Of a stretch of 64,000 bases of DNA, positions 1 through 11,199 are shown in pieces. The first letter of the stretch is position 1, and every line of letters starts with the position of its first letter. This DNA comes from an uncultured candidate division Zixibacteria bacterium (GTDB taxonomy: Bacteria > Zixibacteria > MSB-5A5 > UBA10806). The translations under genes and the position numbers were made by a program. The notes under the pieces are model-generated. The model made no database searches, had not been told where the DNA came from, and saw only the letters and a program-made list of their open reading frames with translations. Location of the stretch: NCBI GenBank assembly GCA_963817915.1, contig CAWFQL010000012.1, forward strand, positions 128,001 to 192,000, written 5' to 3'.

Positions 1-809
1 GAAATATAGGCCATAACTAATGCGCATCCCACTAATGCGACAAATGGTAAGAGGAATAGCGACCATTGGCCCGAGGCGCTATCTGCTGAGGCCTTTGATG
101 CCCATCCCGGAGGAAGCCAGCTGAAAATTGGAGAATTGACAAAGCTTTTGGATGTAGAACTCCAAAAAGCGCCGGTATTTTGATTGTCGAGCGTTCTTCG
201 GTTGATAAGATTCATAGTTGCCCAAATTGCGACCCCCATGAGGCTTCCGACCACCGTCAGCAACACCTTGAGTCTGTTTTTCGATACTATCCGCGACAAA
301 AATGCGGCAAGAATAATTCCAATTGATCCGGGAATCGACGCCATTAGAATTGTTATTATTACTGCCAAAATGTAGAACCACAACGAAGCATTATAGAATA
401 TTCCGAGTAAGATAAGAGTGGGTACCAAAAAAAATATCGATAACTGAGTATTCAATAATGTGGCCTCAATAATTTTATAAATGAATATGCTCGATGATTT
501 AATTGGCAGTGTCAGCAACAGCTCAATCTCATTACCATAAAATATTGTTAACACTGCTTTAGATAGTCCGGTGTATAATAGGACAATAAAAACCGCGTAG
601 AATGCTATTGATGTCAGATGCTCGATTATAATGCCGCCACTGGACGGCTGATGTCGGGCATATTGATATATGGAGAAGGAAATACTGAACATGATAACGG
701 CGATAGCCAGAAATGCCAGTATCAACAAAATAAGTTTGCCCACCTTAGCGCCCTCTTTGAACATCGAAAGCGAATTTTTTAGCCTATATTTGAAAAGAGT
801 TAATATCAT
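1..809 (-). CDS. ABC transporter permease (runs off the left window edge)
   Basis: Manual translation MILTLFKYRLKNSLSMFKEGAKVGKLILLILAFLAIAV...EIELLLTLPIKSSSIFIYK is very hydrophobic; its ATG overlaps the TAA of the ABC ATPase (TAATG). Confidence 0.75.
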   Translation of the reverse strand, partial: MILTLFKYRLKNSLSMFKEGAKVGKLILLILAFLAIAVIMFSISFSIYQYARHQPSSGGIIIEHLTSIAFYAVFIVLLYTGLSKAVLTIFYGNEIELLLTLPIKSSSIFIYKIIEATLLNTQLSIFFLVPTLILLGIFYNASLWFYILAVIITILMASIPGSIGIILAAFLSRIVSKNRLKVLLTVVGSLMGVAIWATMNLINRRTLDNQNTGAFWSSTSKSFVNSPIFSWLPPGWASKASADSASGQWSLFLLPFVALVGCALVMAYI

Positions 810-1573
810 TATTGATTTTTAAGGTATTTTACAACTTCGTCGTATTCCGATCCACCGGTTAGCTCTATAAAAAGCTCTTCCAAAGTCGACTTCTGATTTG
901 CATTATCTCTTAGCTCATTGATTGATCCCTGCGCTGCAATTTTGCCTTTGTTGATTATATAAAGTCTGTCGCACATACTTTCGGCAATCTCGAGAATATG
1001 TGTAGAAAACAGGATGGCACAGCCGTTCCGGGCCAATTCGATCATCACATCTTTAATCTTGCGGGTCGCTCTGGGATCGAGGCCGCCGGTCGGCTCATCG
1101 AGAAGCAATACATCCGGTCGATGCAGGACTGCGGCTGCCAGTGAAACCTTTTGCTTGGTTCCATGCGATAATGAGGAAATCAGTTTTTTTTTGCTTTCTC
1201 CCAAGTCGAATAGATCAATCAAGTCAGTAATTCTTTTTTCACCGACCGCCTTTTCAAGCCTGAAAACCTCGGAGATGAAGTTGAAAAATTCAATCGGGGT
1301 GAGTTTTTCGTAGAGATTCGGGATATCAGGCACAAAACCGATTTTGGCCTTGGCGGCTACTGGATCTTTGGAAATATCAAATCCGCAAATGGAAATTTGA
1401 CCCTTATCCGGTTTTAGAAGCCCGATAAGCATTTTCAAAGTTGTAGTTTTCCCGGCTCCATTTGGGCCAAGAAATCCGACTATCTGGCCTGCCTCAACTT
1501 TGATAGTAATATCATCGACAGCTATTTTTTTGTCATAGCTTTTGCTTAAGTTGTCCGCTGATAGCTTTATCAT
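809..1573 (-). CDS. ABC transporter ATP-binding protein
   Basis: Walker A GPNGAGKTT, signature LSHGTKQ, Walker B LLLDEPT, H-loop STH. Confidence 0.95.
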   Translation of the reverse strand: MIKLSADNLSKSYDKKIAVDDITIKVEAGQIVGFLGPNGAGKTTTLKMLIGLLKPDKGQISICGFDISKDPVAAKAKIGFVPDIPNLYEKLTPIEFFNFISEVFRLEKAVGEKRITDLIDLFDLGESKKKLISSLSHGTKQKVSLAAAVLHRPDVLLLDEPTGGLDPRATRKIKDVMIELARNGCAILFSTHILEIAESMCDRLYIINKGKIAAQGSINELRDNANQKSTLEELFIELTGGSEYDEVVKYLKNQ

Positions 1574-1597
1574 AAATTATAGACTATTCCGTTTGAA

Positions 1598-1963
1598 TTA
1601 ATCTTTTGGTTGGTTTGGTATATCAGAATCGGGCGGTTTTTCTCCAGATTCTTTAGGGCTGTCATCCGCCTTATCAGGTCCCTTTTTTATTTCATCCAGA
1701 TAATTCATTCGAAGCTCGTAAATTGAATGTTGAAGATATTTCGCTTCGTTTTCTGAGAGATTCCCCTTGGTCTTTTCTTCCAGCATGGCCAGCATATCTA
1801 TGGTATGGCGGGCCATCTCGATATCTCGTTCTATTTTTCCGGAAACAATACTCGGCACCTTACCCATCTGCTGCCATGCCGCCGCCTGAAATGACAGGAT
1901 TAATTGCGTGAATAGAAATTCATTGTCGTATTGAATCGGATTAGGATCGTCAGGATTATTCAT
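1598..1963 (-). CDS. DUF1844-family protein
   Basis: ARHTIDMLAMLEEKTKGNLS...ELRMNY resembles DUF1844 (from recall). Confidence 0.8.
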   Translation of the reverse strand: MNNPDDPNPIQYDNEFLFTQLILSFQAAAWQQMGKVPSIVSGKIERDIEMARHTIDMLAMLEEKTKGNLSENEAKYLQHSIYELRMNYLDEIKKGPDKADDSPKESGEKPPDSDIPNQPKD

Positions 1964-2147
1964 CTATCCTATCCTCCGGCGAAAGCTTGACCGCCATGGA
2001 AAGCTTATGCTGAAGATCCATAATGTCGGCTTCTATCTGTTTAAGCAATCTTTCAAGGTCGAAGTCTTTGGCATATGGAATCAAGCCGTGTATGATAGCG
2101 GCAACCTCGTCGGTCTTATCCAATGCTATTTTTGCGGATGCTTTCAT
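1956..2147 (-). CDS. small hypothetical helical protein
   Basis: GGAG upstream of ATG 2147; overlaps the start of the next gene in the run. Confidence 0.55.
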   Translation of the reverse strand: MKASAKIALDKTDEVAAIIHGLIPYAKDFDLERLLKQIEADIMDLQHKLSMAVKLSPEDRIDE

Positions 2148-2192
2148 ATAATTTGCTCCCTTGTTTATGGCAAACCCGGCCAATAAATGTAA

Positions 2193-4323
2193 TTATCCAA
2201 TTTTCGCATATTTAATTTTCTTCCCCAATCTTCTTTTCAGGATCGTCTTTATCTGGCTGTTCTCAGACTTATTTAACGTAGGGTCGTCCTCAACCATATC
2301 GAATGCCAGCTGTCTTGCCAATGACACTAATCGAGTGTCGGTAATTCGGGCTACTTTTAAATCCGGAAGCCCATGTTGTCTGGTCCCAAGAACTTCACCC
2401 GGTCCCCTGATATCAAGGTCTGACTCGGCAATTTTAAATCCATCGTTGGTTGACGTCAAGACATCAATTCGTTTTTGAGCCTCCTCGCCAGGTTCTTTTC
2501 CCACGAGCAGGAAACAATATGATTTTATTCCGGCTCGGCCAACTCTCCCGCGCAACTGATGAAGCTGTGAAAGACCGAACCTTTCGGCATGTTCGATAAT
2601 CATGATAGTCGCGGAGGGAATATCAAGGCCGACTTCGACTATGGTTGTGGCGATTAAAATATCGATTTCCCTATTCTTGAATGATAACATGACCGCATTT
2701 TTTTCGGCGCTTTTCATCTGGCCATGCAATAATCCTAGCCTGAAATCCGAAAATTCGCCGTTTTTCAATTTCTCAAATGATTGTGTCGCGGCTTTCAAAT
2801 CCGATTTTTCGGTTTCTTCAACCAATGGAAACACTAAAAATGCCGAGTTGCCATCACGAATAGAGCTTTTGACAAAATCATACATATCTTGTCGCTTGTC
2901 TTCCGGAACGAATTTTGTTGAAACAGGGATTCTGCCCGGCGGCAATTCATCGATTATAGAAACATCGAGATCGCCGTAGATTGTCATTGCCAGCGAACGG
3001 GGGATTGGGGTGGCGGTCATTACAAGGATATCGGGACTAATTCCCTTGCTTTGCAGCGCGCCTCTCTGGGTTACGCCGAATCTGTGTTGTTCATCTATAA
3101 CCGCGAAGCCGAGCTTCTTAAATACAATGCCTTCCTGAATTAAGGCATGTGTGCCGATTGTCAATTTCGCCTTCCCTGACGATATCGATTCCATGACCGC
3201 TTTCCGTTCTTTATTCTTAATCGAACTGGTCAGAGAGCACTGTTTCTATCCCAAGCGGCGCCAAAAGCTCATTAATTAAGTAATAATGTTGCTCGGCCAA
3301 AATTTCGGTCGGCGCCATCAATGCCGCTTGATATCCGGACTCAATAGCGCCTAAAATTGCCAGTACGGCAACAATAGTCTTTCCGCTGCCGACATCGCCC
3401 TGAACAAGTCGGCTCATCTGATATTTGGCTCCCATATCGGCATATATCTCATTGAGAACTTTTATCTGTGCCTTAGTCAATTTGAATCCCAGGTTATTTA
3501 GAAGCTTACGGCCATTTATTTTGGGCGGAAGCAGGACTATGCCGTTGGCCTTTTCGCGACGTTTCTTATGCCGTCCAGCCATGATGAGTTCGAGATAAAA
3601 AAGCTCCTCAAATGCTAATCTCTGTCGTCCGGAGTCGGCCGCTTCGTATGTCTCAGGGAAATGAACCTGGCTGATAGATCGGGTTAAATCGGGAAGACCA
3701 TATTCGCGGCGCCATTTCTCAGGAATCGTCTCGCAAGGTGATTCAGCCAGTCGATCCAATGCTGGCTTGATTATTCGCCGAAGTCCTCTGGAGTGAAGCC
3801 CCATATTTTTCAATAATGAATTTTCGGGATAAATCGGTATGATTCGTCCCGAATGAATAGTCTCATCTTCGCTGGAACCGACTATTTCGAATTCGGGATG
3901 CGGCAAATACAAACGGCCGTATTCTCTGATTGTGCCTGATACGAACAAGATATCGCCGATCTCAAATGCTTGCTCTAAATACTTATATCCCGAAAACCAT
4001 ACCAATTCGAGGCTGCCGGTTCGATCTTCAAGCATCACGACAAAACGCAATTTTCGTCCACGAGTCATTCCAAATGCCGCAACTGTCCCAAGAATCGTCA
4101 CGCTCATTCCTGGGGCAATATCATTAATGGTAGATATCAGCGTCCTATCCAAGTATTTGCGTGGAACATAGTAGAAAAGATCAAGAACCGTAAAAATGCC
4201 GCATTTATTGAGGACCTCGGCTTTTTTAGGGCCGACACCTTTGAGATATTTAACATCCGAAAAAAGATAATCAAGCCCGACCGGGGCTCGATTTGACGAT
4301 TTTACGATATTTTTTTCAGGCAC
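2193..4323 (-). CDS. recG: ATP-dependent DNA helicase RecG (one frameshift near 3234)
   Basis: QGDVGSGKT, MAPTEILAEQH, IDEQHRFGV, MTATPIPRSL, SQLHQLRGRVGR; removing one base in ctctctg restores ETVLLTSSIKNKERKAVM. Confidence 0.95.
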
Positions 4324-4414
4324 ATTTAATCATAAAGTTGTAATCATTTAAAGTCAAGCCGGATAAACGATTTTCGGCTTTTTCAAATATTATCTGATGA
4401 CCTGATTAAAATAC

Positions 4415-4442
4415 TTGCCATATTTACCAAATTGACTATATT
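4415..4442 (+). promoter_or_regulatory. sigma70-type promoter of rpmB
   Basis: TTGCCA-N16-TATATT upstream of SD GGAGGA and ATG 4465. Confidence 0.5.
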
Positions 4443-4464
4443 GGCGCAGATTTTGGAGGAGACT

Positions 4465-4650
4465 ATGGCGCAAGTATGTGAAATATGCGGAAAAAAACCG
4501 GGCTACGGTTCAACTGTAAGCCATGCACACAATGTTTCCAAACGGCGATTCAATATTAATTTGAAATCCGTTAATGCTCGTGTGAATGGCAAACCGACAA
4601 AATTACGAGTTTGTACAGGCTGCCTGAAGGCCGGCAAGGTTATGAAATAA
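4465..4650 (+). CDS. rpmB: 50S ribosomal protein L28
   Basis: MAQVCEICGKKPGYGSTVSHAHNVSKRRFNINL...VCTGCLKAGKV; strong SD. Confidence 0.95.
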   Translation: MAQVCEICGKKPGYGSTVSHAHNVSKRRFNINLKSVNARVNGKPTKLRVCTGCLKAGKVMK

Positions 4651-4674
4651 CCTAATTCCGCATCGAATGAATCT

Positions 4675-4707
4675 GCCCCAATTGCTTGCTCGGTTGGGGT
4701 TTTTTTA
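4675..4707 (+). terminator. intrinsic terminator after rpmB
   Basis: gccccaattg...cggttggggt stem followed by a T-run. Confidence 0.7.
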
Positions 4708-5000
4708 TTGTTTTTTTTGCCTATCAGCGGCGTGCGATTGCCGCGTCCGGCATCCGCCGGACCACAATAGCAGGCGAGATTTCGTAAAATCATCCTAAAT
4801 ATCTTCAAATTAATATTTCAATAATCAATTCTTCTTTTGAGCCAATAGTTCTCCCGGCGCTATTGTGCTCCCGACCCAGGGGGTCGGGAGGCGGCAATCG
4901 CTTGGTGACGTGTCAAATTTGCCACAGTTTAGAGCTTTCGACACATTTAGCGGCCTGTCCATACTATCTTAATCCATTGCCTTATAAGGGCTTGCGTGTG

Positions 5001-5016
5001 CGGCACGATAATTGAT
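5001..5016 (+). promoter_or_regulatory. possible sigma54 (-24/-12) promoter
   Basis: CGGCACGATAATTGAT, i.e. GG-N10-GA, one mismatch at the -12 GC; about 50 nt upstream of ATG 5065. Confidence 0.45.
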
Positions 5017-5064
5017 TTAATATCGGCCGTGAACAGGAATAGAAACCAAATTCAGGAGGAGAAA

Positions 5065-6150
5065 ATGAAGAATTCAGGATCGATAGCGGCGATAATCGCG
5101 ATAGTATCAATAATGTTTGCGGTAGTGATGGTTGGCGGTCTCAGGCATATCCCGGAGGCAATTGAAGGCCCGAATATAAATGCCAATCCTGCAAATGCTT
5201 CTTATGCGAAGGATTCAGCTCATGCCAATTGCCCGGAAATTTATACCATAATTTCCGATCAGGGCAGGTTAGTAATCGGCGCTGATGATGGCATTTACAA
5301 AATGGAATCGCTGAAAAAGGGCAATGTCCCAGAAAAATGCGAACCTGGAATTGAGCTCATGCAACTCAATATCATCATGGCAAAGGATGATGTTCGCTAT
5401 GTCGGCGGCGAGGGGCTTTTTGAGCTTGATAAGGACTATTCGACAATGCTGGCACGATACAATTACGGCGAACAGGTCAATGCGCTTATCCCATACGGCA
5501 ATGGTGTCATGGTTGGCACAGAGCAGGGGCTATGGTTTCATTGCGATGATCCATTGTCTGAAACCGGTTGCGCGGATACATTGCTGAAACCAGGCGTAAT
5601 CGTCACTTCGCTGGCCAAAGATCGCGACGGTCTCTGGGTCGGGACTTATGGCGATGGGCTTTACTATTATGATGGCAATACATTTCACGAACGGACATTG
5701 AAACGCGACCCGATGGCATTAGCTACTGTCAATGCGCTCGAATATTCGTACCCGTTTCTATGGGTTGGAACTGACTACGCGTTGTTTCGTTACGATGGCG
5801 GCAAATGGAGCCAGATGTTTGTCGAGGATTCATCGGAGACATACAATGTAACATCAATAATGAGCACACCGGCCGCGACATATATCGGAACATCGGATTG
5901 CCTGATGAAATTCGCCGATGACAACTTGAAGATGATCGATGGTTTCGATGGCATGCTGATAGCGGGATTTTGCAAAAGCGAAAGGGGGGTATTGGTGGCC
6001 ACAAGATATGATGGAATATTCACATTTAATGGAAAGGAGGAAGTCGTTTCGCCGGACCAGCTGAAGCTCCGTCAATTAACAGGCGATGAGGTAGATGAAA
6101 AGATCTTGGCCGAGATTGAATCAAAATTATTCGCCCAGGGAGCCAAATAA
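5065..6150 (+). CDS. membrane-anchored beta-propeller protein (two-component regulator propeller-like repeats)
   Basis: N-terminal TM; repeats LWVGTYGDGLYYYDG, LWVGTDYALFRYDG, VMVGTEQGL; SD GGAGGAG before 5065. Confidence 0.7.
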   Translation: MKNSGSIAAIIAIVSIMFAVVMVGGLRHIPEAIEGPNINANPANASYAKDSAHANCPEIYTIISDQGRLVIGADDGIYKMESLKKGNVPEKCEPGIELMQLNIIMAKDDVRYVGGEGLFELDKDYSTMLARYNYGEQVNALIPYGNGVMVGTEQGLWFHCDDPLSETGCADTLLKPGVIVTSLAKDRDGLWVGTYGDGLYYYDGNTFHERTLKRDPMALATVNALEYSYPFLWVGTDYALFRYDGGKWSQMFVEDSSETYNVTSIMSTPAATYIGTSDCLMKFADDNLKMIDGFDGMLIAGFCKSERGVLVATRYDGIFTFNGKEEVVSPDQLKLRQLTGDEVDEKILAEIESKLFAQGAK

Positions 6151-6189
6151 ATTTAGAGTGTCTTAAACTAATGCTTATTGGTCACCAAT

Positions 6190-6219
6190 AGCCGTCCGGT
6201 GCAAGCCGGGCGGCTTTTA
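6190..6219 (+). terminator. intrinsic terminator
   Basis: agccgtccgg-tgcaag-ccgggcggct followed by ttt. Confidence 0.75.
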
Positions 6220-6309
6220 TTATCAGAAATAACTTGACTAAACTCTCTATTATTATTAATTATTACGTAAATAGACTTAGTTCTCAACCCATGACATGGG
6301 GGAGTAAAG

Positions 6310-7127
6310 ATGAGAAAATCAATTATAGTCTTTTTTCTATTATCCGGGATTTACCCTTTATTGGCATTTGCTCAGGACCCGGGGATGCCGGATTCGGTCA
6401 TTTTCGGCAATCTGGATGGTTCCCCGATCTATTCTGATAGAGTAGTCCATTTGCCCCTTTGGTTTAAAAATGATGAAGACCTAACGTTCATGACATTATC
6501 CGTTGGAATAGACAGGGCATTTGGACATTTCGGAGCACAAATACTATACAATTACCCATTAAATTCATGGGATGTCTGCTGGGACACACTTTATTCCTCG
6601 TCACCGTTTCCGGAATTTCCCGATTATTTATTTATGACATTGGTACTAATGAGTGACACCGGCGGGGAGCCAAATCCGCCATTAAATACCGATTCCAGTT
6701 GGCAACAAATATTGTCGATTAGGTTAATTCTAAATTCGGATTCGTCTCTGATTGGAGATACGACTTGTATCGCCGCTTTCTGGCCCGGAATATCCTCAGT
6801 CAGCGCTGGATGCATTATTATCGCCAGTCCCACTGAAGTTTCTGATAGGCTAATGATCCCGATCGCTCCGTCTCTTCTTCAAAACTACCCCAACCCCTTC
6901 AACGCCCAGACCACTATCAGCTATAGCTTGCCGACCGCCAGCGATGTCACTATCGATATCTTCGATATCCTTGGCCGAAAAATCACTTCGATGAATCAAG
7001 GCCGTTCAGTCCAGCGGGATCACATTCGGTAACATGGGATGCCAGCGATGCGGCTTCGGGAATCTATTTTTATCGGATCGATGCTAATGGATTTAACGAG
7101 ACAAGGCAGATGGTGCTGCTGAAATAA
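6310..7127 (+). CDS. secreted protein with T9SS type A-like CTD (frameshifted near 7005-7012)
   Basis: Signal peptide; QNYPNPFNAQTTISYSLP; the CTD continues in another frame to SGIYFYRIDANGFNETRQMVLLK-stop. Confidence 0.75.
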
Positions 7128-7151
7128 TACCTAGGGAGAGAAGTTGAAACC

Positions 7152-8598
7152 GTGAAATACTTTTCAGGATTTATTTTTATTTTAACCATATTGTTTTTTA
7201 GTAGAGCATCGGCCACGGATGTCTCCGGTGATGTCTGGGGCGAATGGAATTCCGAAAACAATCCCTATAATGTTGTCGGCGACCTGCATGTCCCGAGAGA
7301 TTCGACACTAATAATCAATCCCGGTTGTGAGATCATCTTTCAGGGACGTTATTCCTTATTGGTGGATACCTCGGCTACTTTTCGGGCTATAGGCACAGCA
7401 ACGGATTCTATTCTATTTACTGCCAGTGATATTGCGATAGGCTGGGGTGGTGCTATGTTCTTGGATTCCAGTTTACTATCAATGAAATATTGCATATCGG
7501 AGTATATGGTGAGCGCATGGCCTGGATGGCTTAATTCCTTTGATATTCAGTCTCTGACCGCAATAATTGATAGCTGTCTATTCCGCAATAATAATCATCG
7601 TTTCTCCCTTATTAGCGGTTTTAGATCTCAGCAATTATCCATCAGAAACAGTCGGTTTATAAATAATCGGTCTTCCAATGGACAGATAATAAGGTTAGGA
7701 GGAAGAGGCCCTTATTACATTGAAAACTGCGTGATCGAAAACAATGACATGATTTACATTTATTTTGTTTGGGGAGAAGGCGTAACGATAAGAAAAAATA
7801 CAATTAGAAATAACAGCTGCATGATCTTGAGCGTCTATCTTACTCAAATGATGATATTTGACCAAAATCTTATAATTAATAATACTTGCAACGAAACTGA
7901 CCGTTATGCCGGTTCAATTTTTTATGTTGAAGATGGCGGCATACGGGCCACCAGTAACACTATTGTAAACAATGTCTCCAGCCAGATTCCAATTGGAAGC
8001 CTGGGAAGTGAGCACGGACTTGGATCGGTGACTCTGAAAAATAATATTATCTGGGGCAACACGGTAACAGGCCCAAATTCATTCTATATTGTTCAAATTC
8101 CAACCACAATCGATTACAATGATATTCAGGGCTGGGTTAGCGGTAGTCATGGCATCGATAGTGACCCGATGTTCGTAGATAGCATCTCTGGCGATTATCA
8201 TCTTTTGCCTGGCTCGCCTTGTATTGATACTGGTGATTCAACCTTACCAAACGACCCCGACGGCAGCAGATCGGATATGGGCGCTTTTCCCTACGACCAC
8301 ATGGTAGATATCCAGGATATGATATTCCAATTCCATTCAATTATGCCTTAAAACAAAACTACCCTAACCCCTTCAACGCCCAGACCACTATCAGCTATAG
8401 CCTGCCGACCGCAAGCGATGTGACAATCGATATCTTCGATATCCTCGGGCGAAAAATAACTTCATTCAATCAGGGCCGTCACCTGCTGGATCGCATTCTG
8501 TAATCTGGGATGCCAGCGATGCGGCGTCGGGAATCTATTTTTATCGAATTAATGCCAATGACCATGTCGCTGCAAGGCAGATGGTGCTGCTGAAATAA
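7152..8598 (+). CDS. secreted parallel beta-helix protein with T9SS-type CTD (frameshifts near 8330-8350 and 8480)
   Basis: DVSGDVWGEW..PYNVVGDL, Asn-ladder repeats, DPMFVD...DYHLLPGSPCIDTGD...SDMGAF; CTD DNA follows out of frame. Confidence 0.8.
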
Positions 8599-8619
8599 TA
8601 TTTTCTGGAAATTTTAATA

Positions 8620-9870
8620 ATGATTCAGGCAGGGTCTATGCAAAAAAAAATAATTATTTTAACGGGAATACTGATTTTTGGGAGACTTCTTTTGCCTTCG
8701 CCTGCAATTTCGCAAAATGTGGAATTGGTCGGCAGTTTTGCAACGAATTTTTCTCATGGTGTTCAGGTCATTGCAAATTACGCCTATATAGCTGATTATG
8801 ACTTAGGTCTGCGAGTTGTTAATGTTACAGATCCGTCCCACCCGACTCAGATCGGGTCGTTACGGCTTCCATTGCTTAGGACTCTCCATTATTCGAATGG
8901 CCTTATTGCAGGTTGCGCTGTCGATATCTATACGATAAATGCCGAAAACCCAACATACCCGTTTTTGCTTGGCAGCGCAATGGTCGACGGATGGGCGCAA
9001 CAAGCTTATATTATGGGGGATTATATTTATATTGGGTCGGGCAGTCATGGTCTCACCGTAGCTAATATTACCGATCCAACGAATCCAGTCATCCTGGGGA
9101 ATTACTTTACGCCAGGCGCGGGCGAAGAAGTTCAAATAATCGGCGATTATGCATATCTTGCGGATTATGACCGCGGTCTTCAAATTATCAATGTTACCGA
9201 TCCTGCTAATCCTGAAACTGTCGGAAGCTTCGATACTCCCGGTTTGGCAATAGGAGTATTTGTTTCGGACCAATATGCTTATCTGGCGAATATGTCTGCC
9301 GGTCTTCAAATTATCGATATATTGGACCCCGCTCATCCATTCGTGGCCGGGCATTACGACACTCCCGATGAAGCTCAAGATGTGTTTGTTCAAGGGAATT
9401 ACGTTTATATCGCTGATCGATATTCAGGTTTGCAAATTCTCAATGCCGTTGACCCGGCCCATCCGATTCTAATTGGAAGTTATGATACACCTGGTTTAGC
9501 TACGAGCGTTTGGGTCCAGGGTAAATATATATATTTGACCGATGGCGCTTCTATGATGATCTTCATCTTTGGCACTTCCGGGACAGATGATGAATTGGAT
9601 TCGCCGACTCAATTTTCCCTCTCCCAAAACTACCCCAACCCCTTCAACGCTCAGACGACAATCAGCTATAGCATGCCAACCGCAAGCGATGTGACTATCG
9701 ATATCTTCGATATCCTTGGGCGAAGAATAACTTCGATAAATCAAGGCCATAAGTCTACTGGATCGCATTCAGTTATTTGGGATGCCAGCGATGCGGCTTC
9801 GGGAATATATTTTTATCGGATCAATGCCAACGGATATAAAAAAACGAAGCAGATGGCGCTGATGAAATAA
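8620..9870 (+). CDS. secreted LVIVD-repeat beta-propeller protein with T9SS-type CTD
   Basis: Repeats of YAYLADY..GLQIINVTDPANP..VGSFDTPG; C-terminal NYPNPFN...KQMALMK. Confidence 0.9.
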   Translation: MIQAGSMQKKIIILTGILIFGRLLLPSPAISQNVELVGSFATNFSHGVQVIANYAYIADYDLGLRVVNVTDPSHPTQIGSLRLPLLRTLHYSNGLIAGCAVDIYTINAENPTYPFLLGSAMVDGWAQQAYIMGDYIYIGSGSHGLTVANITDPTNPVILGNYFTPGAGEEVQIIGDYAYLADYDRGLQIINVTDPANPETVGSFDTPGLAIGVFVSDQYAYLANMSAGLQIIDILDPAHPFVAGHYDTPDEAQDVFVQGNYVYIADRYSGLQILNAVDPAHPILIGSYDTPGLATSVWVQGKYIYLTDGASMMIFIFGTSGTDDELDSPTQFSLSQNYPNPFNAQTTISYSMPTASDVTIDIFDILGRRITSINQGHKSTGSHSVIWDASDAASGIYFYRINANGYKKTKQMALMK

Positions 9871-9893
9871 AGAGATCAACAATGGAGGAATAA

Positions 9894-11162
9894 ATGTGGC
9901 AATTTGTTAGAATTATTCATTGCAAGTATATTATTACCTTGGCGTCAATCTTGATTGTTGCGATATCGGCCAATGCGCAAATAGAGCTTGTAAGCCGATT
10001 CGATCCAAGCGATGCGATAACTTCCATTTATGTGAAAGATAATTACGTTTATTTGTGTGTTTATAGACGGGCTCTTGAGATTGTCGATGTTACCGATCCC
10101 GCCAATCCTATTCAGGCTTCAAGAATTCCTTTGTATGGTCGGGCCGACGACATAGTGGTAGGCGGGTCTTTCGCTTATTTGGGATGCTACGGGGCGGGAC
10201 TGCAAATCGTAGATATATCGGATCCATATAACCCGTCGCTTGTTGGACAGTACTATCATGAGGCGTATTGCCATGGGCTATCATTAAGCGGCGATTATAT
10301 CTATGGGGCGTTTTGCAACTATTTTGATATTATAAATGTCTCTGATCCTCATAATCCCACGCTCGCGGACAGCCTTCATGTCCCGATGACTGAGTTTACT
10401 TCATCATTCCTCAACGGTCAATATGCCTATTTGCCGGATTTTATTTATCAACAATTATTCACTTTTAATATCGCTGATCCGGGTAATATTTCAATAACGG
10501 ACACGTTATCAATGTCGGGTCGATATTTGGGCGATCTAATTATACAGGGAAATTATGCCTATGCCGCGGCCTTTGCTAATGGAATTTACATATTAGATAT
10601 CTCAGACCCGGCTTCTCCCGAACTTATAAGAACTTATGGATATGGAAATATCTGGAATTTGACGTTTGAAGGAAACCTCCTTTTAGCAACGATCGAAAAT
10701 TTTGGACTACGATTAATTAATATTGAAGATCCATCCCATCCAAGGATGGGGGCATTTTATCGATTTACTCCTATAAGTGGCGGCTTAATTGTTTCAGGGA
10801 ATTATATTTTTGCAAGCGGAGTTTACCAAAATCATACACAGCTTTTTATTTTCAGCTATCAAACTACAGGAGTCAATGATGACAATGGCGATATTCCATC
10901 TGATTTTCAAATTTTCCAAAACTACCCCAACCCCTTCAATGCTCAGACTACTATCAGCTACAGCCTGCCGACCGCGAGTGATGTGACAATCGATATCTTC
11001 GATATCCTCGGGCGAAAAATCTCGATATTGGAGCAAGGCAATCAACAGGCGGGCGTACATTCAATGATCTGGGATGCCGGCGATGCGGCTTCAGGAATAT
11101 ATTTTTATCGAATAAACGCTAATGAATATAATGAAACAAGACAGATGATGTTGCTGAAATAA
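9894..11162 (+). CDS. secreted LVIVD-repeat protein with T9SS-type CTD
   Basis: LEIVDVTDPANP and LQIVDISDPYNP repeats; CTD; SD GGAGG. Confidence 0.9.
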   Translation: MWQFVRIIHCKYIITLASILIVAISANAQIELVSRFDPSDAITSIYVKDNYVYLCVYRRALEIVDVTDPANPIQASRIPLYGRADDIVVGGSFAYLGCYGAGLQIVDISDPYNPSLVGQYYHEAYCHGLSLSGDYIYGAFCNYFDIINVSDPHNPTLADSLHVPMTEFTSSFLNGQYAYLPDFIYQQLFTFNIADPGNISITDTLSMSGRYLGDLIIQGNYAYAAAFANGIYILDISDPASPELIRTYGYGNIWNLTFEGNLLLATIENFGLRLINIEDPSHPRMGAFYRFTPISGGLIVSGNYIFASGVYQNHTQLFIFSYQTTGVNDDNGDIPSDFQIFQNYPNPFNAQTTISYSLPTASDVTIDIFDILGRKISILEQGNQQAGVHSMIWDAGDAASGIYFYRINANEYNETRQMMLLK

Positions 11163-11199
11163 ATGAATTCGAATCTTATCAATTTAAAGGGGTTTACTC

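Noticed and set aside
3200..3250. Programmed frameshift or phase variation in recG and the other split genes
   Set aside because: No consistent slippery heptamer or long homopolymer at the break points; the pattern fits sequencing error
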